Positions 35,500-47,199 of a DNA stretch of 50,376 nucleotides are shown piece by piece (the first letter of the stretch is position 1; each line of letters opens with the position of its first letter). Location: positions 1 to 50,376 of the forward strand of contig JALAGF010006716.1 in the NCBI GenBank assembly GCA_030167865.1, read 5' to 3'. The stretch is from Craspedostauros australis. Taxonomy: Eukaryota. The notes beneath the pieces are model-generated. The model was not told the DNA's origin. It ran no database searches and saw nothing but the letters and a program-made list of their open reading frames with translations. The position numbers and the translations under genes are program-made.

Positions 35500-37205
35500 A
35501 TGCCGAATGTTACGAACAAACAACTCCTTGATGCTGCCTGGGAAGGTGACTTGTCGGTGTTGAAGAAGTGGAAGAAGCAGAGCAAGACGCAGAATGAAGG
35601 AGATGGTATCAACTGCAAAGATAACAATGGTGACACTCCCCTTCATGTGGCATGCTTCCGTGGCCACCTGGAGTGTGTTGCGTACCTCATTGAATCATGT
35701 GGGGCGAACATCAACTGCAAAAACAACTATGGTTCCACTCCCCTTCATCTGGCATGCTGCGACGGCCACCTGGAGTGTGTGAAGTACCTCATCGAATCAT
35801 GTGAGGCGAATATCAACTGCCAAGACAGCGATGGTTGGACCCCCCTTCATGCGGCATGCTCCTACGGCCACCTGGAGTGTATCGAGTACCTCATCGAATC
35901 ATGTGGGGCGAACATCAACTGCAAAGACAACGATGGTTCCACTCCCCTTCATGAAGCATGCTTCAACGGCCACGTGGACTGTGTCAAGTACCTCATCGAA
36001 TCATGTGAGGCGAACATCAACCGCAAAGACAACAATGGAACCACTCCCCTTCATGACGCATGCAACAACAACCAGCTGGAGTGTATCGAGTACCTCATCG
36101 GATCATGTGGGGCTGACGTCAATTGCAAAGACGGTGAAGGCTCCACTCCCCTTCATTGGGCATGCAACAACAACCAGCTGGACTTGGACTGTATCGAGTC
36201 CCTCATTAGAGGACTTTCGCCTTCAGCTCACCCACAACTGCAACAACTACAACATCGCTTACAATAACACGAAGAAGAGAATGAACAACCACAAGAACAG
36301 TTGGGACAGCAGTTGAAGCGAAAGAAGCACGAGAATGAACACAAACACGGTATGCACAAGAGGACCAACATCAGCATTGGAGAGACCGGCTCAGATCATT
36401 CCAAACCGAGAACAGGGCAGACACCATCTTCGTATGTGAACAGGGCGACGAACAGCAACCAATCAAGGCAAACGCCGAAGTCCTCATGATCACTGTCCCA
36501 TCCATTCAGACACTGATCAACTCTGGAATCCAACACCAGCACGCGAATGATGGCACCGAAGACGGCGCGGTCCCCATCGAAACAACCATCCCTCTTCCCA
36601 ACTTTCAACCAAAACACGTCCGATACGTCCTCCAATGTATCTACAGAGGTGAGATATCCTTCAACAACAACACTCATGACTACGCTGGCGATGATGACGC
36701 AAACCAGCCAACTCCCACCCTCACTGGACAGGATGATCTGCAACAGCTGATTCTTGTGGCCAACGAGTTCGGCTTCTGGCGACTCAAGCTTGTTCTTGAA
36801 GCAGAGTTGGCCCGCAAGCATCTCACAGAAGACACCATGATAGATATGTTGATATTCGCTCATCAACACAACTGCTTGGTGTTGAAAGATGCAGCAATGA
36901 GAATGGTTGCTGAAAGTGAGAAAGACATGTTCACTCATCCAGATTTCGGCAAGCTGATTCTACAGCCCCAACTGATGAGAGACATTCATGCCCTCCGCAG
37001 TGGGGGAGCGGAGAGTGATGGAGTTGATGATGAGTACAGCTGCATGTCCATGGTGGAGCTGTACAAGGTTATGGATCAGGATGAGGGTACGGCACAAGTG
37101 GATTCGTACATGGATCGGGCAACATTGGTGGACTTCGTCCGCTCTCTGAGTACCAAATCATCCATAGTAGTTGAGACGGACGGTGCTGCTGCAGAAGAGG
37201 AGTGA
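35500..37205 (+). pseudogene. ANK-CC-BTB copy 3, split: 255-aa ORF with 6 ankyrin repeats (35500-36267) and an open 239-aa BTB-BACK ORF (about 36486-37205)
   Basis: CAA-to-TAA at 36265. 1-bp deletion at about 36384 (GGAGAGACCGG vs GGAGAAGATCGG in copy 1). Both halves are otherwise uninterrupted. Confidence 0.85.
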
Positions 37206-37300
37206 AGTGTCGGACCATGCCATACCGTACCAGAAATCTTCCACAAGTGAACGCATGACAGAATTGAGTCGACGGATAAAACTAGTCGTCAGAATAGCCA

Positions 37301-38445
37301 TTAGGACAGTAACTGTGTGAAAGAAGCTAAAGCAAGTAGGGATCCACTCATTCGATGGTGCGTCCGGCATGCCTTCACCGTCGCCTTTGGTGATCCATGC
37401 GGCATGCTGCTCCATGCACTCCCGTATCGTTCGCAGCACGGTCTGGCTGCACCGCGAGATATGCATGATCTTCTGTGCATGAATTGCAGATGATCCCGGT
37501 TGGTGTAAGGCACGTTGGTGTGCAGCATCATTTGCCAATGCGACATGAAGACGATGGTTCAGCCACCGCTGTCATCGCCGTGATCGTCGTTGCCGATCAT
37601 ATGGTTTCCACGTTCGTTGGTTTCGTGGGTGTGGAAGGAGTTGTGTGAGAAACGATGGTGGACCCTGTTGGCGTCATGCATGGCTTGTTGGACTCGAATC
37701 CAACTTGACGAGGTGGAGCGTATTGTGACAGTTAGCTTGTTGTTGGTGCTGCTGCTGCTGCTGCTGCAGTGTGTGCATGATGTCGCGCAAGGCACGCATG
37801 TATGCCAGCAGCTGCATGATTTTCGATAGGTATGGCCGACAAAGATGACGAGCAATGGGAGAAGTTGCCAACGTCATTGTACACGATTTCAATAATGGTG
37901 GATCCAAGGAGACAGTGCCTCTGTCTCATCGTTTGCGGTTTGTGGTGGCGACGTATCGCTTCGAGCATCGGTATGAACAGGCGTGGCTGGTTGTGGTGCG
38001 TGTAGTGGGGACTGAGGAACATCTCCAAACTGATGGCTCTGCAGGTCTCGGGAAAGTCGCTGAGTCCGATCTCACAGATGCACCCGTCCAGCATGTGCTG
38101 AATCTCCGTTGCCGACAGCGCATCGGACGTTTATGTGGGTGGGCGCGGCTGCTGATGACTTGAATCCAGACCGCACCATGGGCCATGACATGCCTTGCCA
38201 TTTCTGTTGGTTCTACTGTTGGCGCTGCGATTTCCCATGTCCCAAGATCTTCTCTACTCCGGAGCAATTGGTGTGACATCTTCCTTTCGGATGTCGCTGA
38301 GTGATGTGACAAGTTTGGGAACGCTGTTTGTCGCCGCTTGTCATTGATCATCATTGGCATCATTGGAATCATCATCGCCATCACCATCAGAATCTCCATC
38401 ATCTCTTGCCATGACCGCCTTCGTTGATTCTGGTTGGCGTGCCAT
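37301..38445 (-). pseudogene. Passenger gene B relic, second copy
   Basis: Colinear with 31366-32436. It starts MARQPES (CAA where the other copy has TAA) and shares the downstream stops. Confidence 0.5.
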
Positions 38446-38885
38446 ATTTTGCGCAGCCGCTTCCTGCTTGATTATTTCATTGCTTCATTTCTTCATCGCT
38501 TGACAGACAATGTCTCAGTGTTGGCTGATACCTCCATTAATGCAAACATAGTCATGCCATTTCATCTCTCGCTCTCTCTCGCTCTCTCTTGTTGTGTTGA
38601 AGTCGCTTGATGGATCATGGGTGCAAAATCGAAGATTCGTTGTTTTGGATGGTGTCAAGAATTGTTGGCACGTTTGTTGAGTACTCGTCTGTCTGCCATC
38701 CGTATTTCATTCAACCAATGACACGCATGTGCACTCACAACCAACATCATCTCGCTGTTGTCTTCATGCAACGCAACTCTGTTCGATGATTGTGAGGGTG
38801 ATGGCAACCACTCCAACGATGCCGCATCCCTTCACATTGGTACCACCAACGCAAACACCAACACAAACACCAACCATCGGACAAG

Positions 38886-41208
38886 ATGATGAGTCATCGA
38901 CATCCAAGAGGAACTGTGGGAAGGCTCGCCAGTTGCTCCGCATCTTTACCCACTCGTCGTACGATTATGAGTATCGAACCTTCCATGAGTACGATCTACT
39001 CTGGGAGTTGCCACAGCAAAGCGTCCAGCCTGATACTCTGTTCGAACCTTCGTGCGGTCATGACGATCGAAGTTGCTGGAAGAGGACGGTGTCAGACTGA
39101 TAGCGGAGAAACAAACGGAGACCAAGCAACCACAACAGACTGACACGAAATTGAAGGCGAGCAAGCCCACCAGCGTCGCCAATGAGGCCAAAGCAGCTGC
39201 AAAATCAGGTCGTCGTGCCAGTGTCAGCACAGATACACCAAGCAGTGCCAATAGAAGTACAGCAAAAGATGCAAAAGCTTCAGCTGTGAAACCATCACGT
39301 GCAAAGAGCCTGGACATGCTCGACATGCAAGCTCACGAGATGTCATCCAGCTCCTTTGATCAAAGCAAGTTCAATACCAACGAATCGATACCGGTGCCAA
39401 ACACCCCAGGTGGACTCAGCTTCGCCACAGCCCCGGCACTCGGCGCAACCCGCGAATGGAGCAGTCAAGACAAGACGAAGCTTGCCCAGAGTCGGAGACG
39501 CAGGCCAAGGACACAAACGAATTCCAACGGAACGACCAGCAGCGCCAAATCGAGGAGCAAGAGTTTGGAATTCTTGAAGGATGGACACCACATGCCAGGC
39601 GCAACATACACATCAGACATACCAGGCGCGAAGAGTACAGCCAGCACCCTGGCTGTATCTTGAGTTGCGACAACGGAGATGTCACGCAGTGAGAGCCTGG
39701 AGTCACTGACCAATCTGCCAAGTCTCCAAGACGACGACGATGGCAGCGTCGATGTGTGTGACAAGTGCTGCCGCAACGAACGGTGGGAGAAGCTTGGCGG
39801 CCCCTGTCACGCCTGAAGGTCGGAGCGCGGCATCTACACCAGCCCCCTTCAGCCACATACATGAATAGAGACAACAGTCTTTGTCGTTGAACAAGCGCAG
39901 GTCAACGTTGGAAAGTATCCTCAAGGCCAAACGATCATCATTACGTGAAGTGTCGTCGACCAATCCTCCCAAATCGAAGCAACAACCATCTCTCGAATCT
40001 CGATCATCGCAATTGGCTGATCTTGCCTTGACCAAAGCATCCGCAAAGGCACCATCATCGTCGCCATCATCATCACAGTCCAAATCCAAACTCAATCTTC
40101 AACAATTCCAACGCGAACATGAACACAGAGGTGTCTCGGCCGCACCCCAAGCCTCATCCAGTCCTGGAACCTTGAGTTTGGGAATCGAGTTGCAATCGAG
40201 CAAGAAGGAACAGGTGACTCCTTCTCACAACAGATCCGCACGCAGTTCGTTGCGCCCAAGTGAAGACTCAAAGCAACGACGTTCACGTGGACGAAGCACG
40301 GGTGCTCTGTGCGAGGCGATCAAGGAAACGTTCTCCAAGGTGCTTGGCAATGGGCCCCGACATCACCACTCCAGCAAAACATGAGGTGTGTCATCACCAT
40401 TGATATTACCATCGAAATCACTGTCGCCACGGCATCGGCGGAGAAGCGCACAGCACACCAGTGGCAAGCCGCACTCGGCATCGTCAAGATCAAAGAGTGT
40501 GGAGCATTCGACATCATTGCGCCATCATCGTGACGGAGCAATTCACACTTGCTCCTCTGGAAGAAGCCGCCGCTCGTCATCGGCGCGGAGTCGTCGAAGT
40601 CCGTCCGATCGCGGCCGCAGAAGACTGCGCAAGTATCGATGGACTCATAGCCATCATCACGGCGACAACGAGCATCTGGCAGTTCGGATGATGCGAACGC
40701 AGCCTCACGTTCAGGCGAAACCAACTCAAATGCGCACTCCACCGGTGCTGGTTTGCACCAACGCAAGGGCTCACCTTCCCGAACGCATGCCCGGGGAAGT
40801 TCGCGAAGACCAAATCAACGTGGCCATAGCCAATCGACACCATGTGGCGAAGATCAGCGAAGGAAGTCCTCTGATGAACGATCACCATCGGCGCGACAAC
40901 GAAGCAGATCAAGAGGATATCGAAATTGCAGTGTCGAACAGCACAGCGATGAGAGAGATGAGAATGGACGGCATTGCAAACAACAACATGGCCAACAACA
41001 GCATGGCAACAAACGTTCGTCATCACGCGGGGCCCTTCAATCAAATCGTTGTGGACGAAACAGATCATCGACTCGCGATGCTGTCTACCATGAGAAGCTG
41101 TCCGGCACAAAACCACTGCAACTCATATCAAAGAAAGCAGTCAGGAACAAGAGAGCGTCTCAGTGCCGCCATCCCTTGATGAATGGTACCAAAACTCCCA
41201 CCCCGTGA
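38886..41208 (+). pseudogene. Passenger gene C relic, full-length copy (its 3' remnant is also at 26765-27334)
   Basis: Colinear with 32870-34768. It continues into HQRKGSPSRTHARGSSRR ... ARQRSRSRG ... NGTKTPTP*, with stops and indels. Confidence 0.55.
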
Positions 41209-43253
41209 TGCATCACGACACGATGGGATGGAATGAGATGTGTCGGCCGCTCCGTACTCGTATCATACTCATAGAGGTATGGTAGATCCACATCCCTGTA
41301 TGTAATATACCTACGAATGGATTGTAATGTTCTATGATATGTAGGATTGGAACAGTACCGCATGCACCATATCTGCTTGTGCAATAGAACACTGTGATGA
41401 AGTGACCAGATGTTTCAAGAGATTGAAGGGTTGGATACTGCTCCCATACTGCCTCCACCTTGTCTACGACTACTCTGGTCCACTCTCTGCGGTACAAACG
41501 CACACAGGAATGTTGCCGATGTCATTCACAAGCAGATTGGACGTCCGTGGTTCCATCCACACTCCGCCATCATCCTTGTTGGTTCATTGCACAGACAAAG
41601 GATGCATGGCAGCACCATTTTCACAAGCCGTGCGGTTGTCACAGGGCGGTCGTCACCGTGCCGCCGGATTCGCACACAGAGCACTCTACTCCAAGTCACA
41701 CTGCCAAGCAGATTGAAAGCTACAGTGCCAATGCCAGCCGATCCAAGTTGCTGGAAGAGGCGATCTACGGAGACTACATGGCGAACAAAGCAGAGGGAAA
41801 TGATGAGAAGCAGCGAGGAGCATGGTTGTTGCACGGTTCCATCGACCGTCCCGGATCACGCTATTGTCCTCATCTCACCATGAGTTGCACTCCGCCATTG
41901 CGCCCAAACTGCAGTCGAGACCCTCACCAAGTCTCAGGAGGAGCGATCACTCATTGTTGGAGTAACAAATGCAGGGGCCACCATCCATTCCAATCTTCGA
42001 AGCAATCAGTGCCAGCATGGCGGAAAGACAAGAACTGACGAGGTAGCGCAGTCCAAGTATCCAGAGAGCTTGACGAGCAACAGAAGAAACCAACGAACCA
42101 ACGAACCAACAAGCAACCCCATGCAGAGTGCGAGTATTGTATTGCGGATCATGGTTGACACAGAGTTCCATACAGCACAAGAAGCACACGGCCAGCGATC
42201 AATGGCCCATGCGCGCACCGTACACCCACATATCCTCCTTTGTGGTGCTCCCAACTTCGTTGATGAGGCGGAGGTTCTTGTCGATCGCCTCGGTTGAGCA
42301 CCGATGCTCTGGAAGTCACGAGCCAAGACGGCGGCACTCATGCCTATTGATAGAATGCGCATGGTATTGTATGTTGGTGGTCCGTGTGGCAGGAACAGTG
42401 GAGGCGGCACGGTATCACTCCGCCTGTTGGTTGCTGGACGTGTCAACTCATCCCAATACGCAATGTGGTGTTGGTTTGATGTTGAGGACTCTTGTTGCCT
42501 GCGCGGATGGTGATGGTTGCAATGTGGTGGGATGGCAACCAGCCAAATCCAAATGAGATGGGTCGCAACCAACACAGGCAATCGACAAAGGCAGTCACAT
42601 TGGTGGCTTCATTGGTGACTAGATCGTTGTTCGAGGCATTGGCTCACACCTCAAGTTGGTGCTTGCGATGGCAGGCGGACGGGGGTCAGCGGTCTTGCAG
42701 ATGCCACGATGACGCAAGCAAGCGTGGGCCATGGCGCACATGGTGGTGGCGGCGGTGGCGGCGACGATGACAGCTGTCTGTGTTTCCGAAGGCTTCCACG
42801 TTGTTGGCCTCGGATTGGTGTTGCGTTGATTGTGGCCAAACGAGAACTCTGTTGTGGTGCTTCTTTCTTGTTGTTGGTCGCACGCATTTTCGTGATGGAT
42901 NNGAACAGAAAGATCCAATCCGCGCGAACCAGACGCGTTTGATCAAGAGAAGGAGACAAACACAGGCAAACAGAAGGAGGAGACCATGCGAACAAGACAG
43001 CAACACACACATCACTCAACCCCATACTCAACCGCGTGAACAACAGACATCGAATTGCCACTACTATTCATCACACAGCGTATGGTACTCATACTCATAC
43101 TAATACTCATACTAATACAAGCTGTTGCATACACAAACATCGATATCTCTTCCATAGGCAGCTCCGACCACAGACATCCTCGACAGCCAATCCAACGTAA
43201 ATCGTCCAACGTCCAACGTCTATCGTCCAGCAACCATCGACCACACTCTCAAA

Positions 43254-44789
43254 ATGCCGAGTGTTACCAACCGACAACTCATTGATGCTGCCGAGGCAGG
43301 TGACTTGTCAGCACTGAAGGAATGGAAGAAGCAGAACAAGACGCAGAATGAAGGAGATGGTGTCAACTTCAAAATCTACGATGGTTGGACTCCCCTTCAT
43401 CTGGCATGCTCCAACGGCCACCTGGAGTGTGTCAAGTACCTCATCGAATCATGTGAGGCGAACATCAACTGCAAAAGCAACTATGATTACACTCCCCTTC
43501 ATCATGCATGCTACAACGGCCACCTGGAGTGTGTCAAGTACCTCATCGAATCAGGTGAAGCGAACATCAACTGCGAAGACAACAATGGTGACACCCCCCT
43601 TCATTGGGCATGCTGGAACGGCCACCTGGAATGTGTGAAGTACCTCATCGAATCAGGTGGGGCGAACATCAACTGTCAAAACAACAAAGGTGAAACTCCC
43701 CTTCGTTGGACATGCACGCGCGGCCACCTGGAGTGTATGGAGTCCCTCATTAGAGGACTTTCACCTTCAGTTCACTCACAACTGCAACAACTGCAGCAAC
43801 ACTTACAACAAAACGAACAAGCAAATGAACAACCACAAGAACAGTTGAGACAACAGTTGAAGCGAAAGAGGCAAGAGAATGAACACAAACACAGCAGCCA
43901 CAAGAGGATCTAATCAGCATTGGAGAAGACCGACTCAAGTCCTTCTAAACTGGGAACAGGACAGATTCCGTCTTCTTGTGTGGACAGGGCGACCAACAGC
44001 AACCATTCAAGGCAAACTCTGAAGTCCTCATGATCACCATCCCATCCATTCAGACACTGATTGACAAAGGAATCCAACATCAGCGTGAATGATTGGACCG
44101 AAGACGGCACGGTCCCATGCAAGTAACCATCCCTCTTCCCAACCTTCAACCAAACACACGTTCGATACGTCCTCCAATGCATCTACACAGGCGAGATATC
44201 CTTCAATGACAGCGCTCGTGACAACGCTGCTGCTCATGTTGGCGCTCATGCCGGTGCTCACGCCGGCGCTCACCACGATGCAGATGCCCTTCACCTGCCA
44301 ACTCACATGCTCACGGGACAGGACGATCTGCAACAGCTGATCCTTGTGGCCAACGAGATCGGCTTCTGGCGACTCAAGATTGTTCTTGAAGCAGAGTTGG
44401 CCCTCAAGCATCTCACAGAGGCCCCCACGATAGATGCGTTGATATTCGCCCATCAACACAACTGCGTGGTGTTGAAGGATGCGGCAATGAGAATGGCAGC
44501 TGAAAGGGAGAAAGATATGTTCACTCATCCAGATTCCAGCAAACTGATTCTACAGCCCCAACTGATGGGAGGCATCCATGTCCTTTGCAGTGGGGGAGCG
44601 GAGAGTGATGGAGTTGATGATGGGTACGGTCGTATGTCCATGATGTAGTTGCACAAGGTTGTAGATGAAGACGAGGGTGCTGCGCAGGTGGATTCGTACA
44701 TGTATCGCGTTGCGCTGTTGCGCTTCGTGCGTTCCATCACATCTTCCAGGGTGGCTGAGAGCGACGGCGCTGCCGAGGAAGAGAAATAA
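43254..44789 (+). pseudogene. ANK-CC-BTB copy 4: open 219-aa ORF with 4 ankyrin repeats (43254-43913), then a frameshifted, stop-containing BTB part
   Basis: Stop/indel at 43911 (AGGATCTAATCAGC vs AGGACCAACATCAGC in copy 3). Further indels before the BTB remnant 44307-44648. GAG-to-TAG at 44646. The original end ...DGAAEEEK* is at 44789. Confidence 0.85.
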
Positions 44790-47199
44790 AGCAACAACAA
44801 CAGCAGCAGACTGAGGAGCAAGCATGTCATGGAATGAAGAAGATGAATTAGATGAGGAGTCAGAGTAGTACTAGTAACTATGATTCAAGCAGATGATCAG
44901 TGATCCATTCAATGCCGCGCCGCGCATGTCGAGCCATTCATTAGTTCAACCCTTTTGCTTGCATTCAGTGAAAAGGCGTAGGTTGATCTACACGTTGTGC
45001 TCGCTTTGCAATTGTTGTGCTTTGTGTTGTGTTGTGGATGGTATCATGCTGCATACCAGAATCGCCAGAGCTGATGTGTTGGTCCGGATTTGTGACGCCT
45101 CAACCTGATAGGAAGATCCGATTGATGCTGGTGTGATGGTGAACAAGCGAGGAGTACGGAACGTCAGCACAGCCAAGCTTTGAGCAGATCAATTGCCAAC
45201 GTCTCTGGCTGACGTACGTACAGTTGAGCAACTGATAAAGCATGCGTCCCTTCCACTCGAAATCAAGTCCAATAGTGTTGCCTGATGCCACTGCCGCACA
45301 GTTCACGCAAGCCAATTCTACCGCAACCGCCTGGGTAAGCAAAGAGTGCATGGGGAGGATGCGAAACGCAACACATGCCCTCCAAAGGTAGAGCAGGAGC
45401 ATTCATTCCAGCCCGCTACGTTCCGGGCAGCGCGTTGGAACTTGTGTCGCGAATCTGCTGATGTCTTGACGGCTACAAGCCTCCACAACGCACTGCTGTG
45501 CCCTTCACTTGAGGAAGTTCATTGGGAATGACTCGTCGAACATGCTGTATGGTACTCATGACATCGGTTGCCTGATGTTTTCATCTACATCGGATGTAGA
45601 TTGCGGGGAAGAAGTTGGTCATTTTCGTCAATCCTCTCCTTCATCGTCGCCTGGCATGCAATGATTGCCTCCATGGCAGAACTGATGTTGGATTCATCGG
45701 CAACGGCAATCATTGCTTTCGTAAATCCTGATCTGTGTGTGCGTGTTGTCAAACCCATGACACTTGATCAAGTGCCGAGTACGAATACTGGCGTTGGCAG
45801 TTGCGAGCTGGCCATGTGGAAGCATCCTCCATCCATGGATGCTCGACATGCAGGCACGCATGCAGAGCTTCTCCGCTTCGTGCAGCTGTGTTATTTTCTG
45901 CTCTTGAGCATGTCGAGCAATCGCTGTTGCCGAAGCTTCGCCGACGACCTGCGTATGTGGTGCGCGTTGCGCATGCGTGGTCTTCTTGGATACTGCGATG
46001 TCGGTTACTGATCGTATCCTGCGATGCTGCCCCGACCATCGATCCTCGTGGTGCAATAGCTGGTATTGATGATACCGCTGACCATGGTGGCATGATCTGC
46101 ATCCGTGGACGTTGACATCATGATCATCGTGATCATCGTAACTTCATTCGTGGTGATGGAGTCGTCATGAGATTGTTGAATGCGCTGCTGGCATGCTTGG
46201 AGTAGCAATGGTGTGTTCTGCGTTTCTCCATCTCTCTGTCTCGCGTCACCTTCTCTTGATCATGGCCGTCGCTTGCCGTCCCATCACGTCTCGTCATGTC
46301 CTGTCATGCTCGGTTCCGTTCATGCCTCATCTCTTCTCTCTTCACTACACGGATGGATCTCTGTCAACGCGATTGTCATGTGGTCATCATTGGCAACGCC
46401 GCGCTTCATCGGCGCTCATCAATAGCAGTGGCACTTCATTCCACCTTCATCTGCCTTCCTCGTCCCACATCACGCCACACCACACGACCATGTCCATTCC
46501 TCTTCATGCCATCCCCACCGCCGTAGCCTTTGTCTCGTCTCATGTCTGCCATTCTGGCGAACAAGAAGAGCAATCACAAATTTGGTGATGTTGCGCGCCA
46601 TTTTTGTTCTTGTTTGATCGTGTCCAAATGAGTCCCCCACGTCCACGATCGAAGTGCGTGATCCATTCAGATGAGTCGATAAAAGTATCCACAAAGATCC
46701 GTCACAACCATCAGACCGCGTCTCCAACTCCTCTCTCTTGTGCGTATTTCATCCGAGCAACATCATTGAACCACTGGATGAAGCATGTTCGAAGGCATCC
46801 ATCAAGCTGAAGTATTATGCGCTACCAATGCAGTAAGCGAGGCAGCATCCAGCTTCGAATCAACGGATGCAACGATGGAGTTGAATTGAGTTGAGTTGAA
46901 CATTCCTGTGTGATCATGGAATGGGCCAAAACGAAATGGTGTCAAATCAGGATCTCTGCCGTCCACATGAGTGCGGTGGACGCATCGACTATTCTCATTC
47001 GTACACTCATGGTATTCTCTTGTTTGGTAATCTATTGTAGGGTATTCTATTATATGATATGTTTGTGTATGGTGAAAATTGTGTGTCCGTGTGCAGACGG
47101 GCAGTGTAGGTACTGCAGATGGTATTCATGGTTGCCTTCTCGCTCGGCGATTGGCTGCAACCGCATCTGCGACTTCAAGTCTAAGCGCAGGAAAGCAAG

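Larger units (their letters stand above)
25038..44789 (+). repeat. Tandem segmental array: 4 ANK-CC-BTB gene copies separated by 3 copies of a shared spacer (full unit about 7.75 kb; two spacers carry internal deletions)
   Basis: Gene starts at 25038, 29398, 35500 and 43254. Matching blocks: 31210-34768 with 37206-40705; 26765-28707 with 40633-42592; 28708-29397 with 34768-35499 and 42593-43253. Confidence 0.95.

Noticed and set aside
45583..45601. Perfect inverted repeat ATCTACATC-G-GATGTAGAT
   Set aside because: A single short palindrome with no associated feature, plausible by chance in 50 kb.
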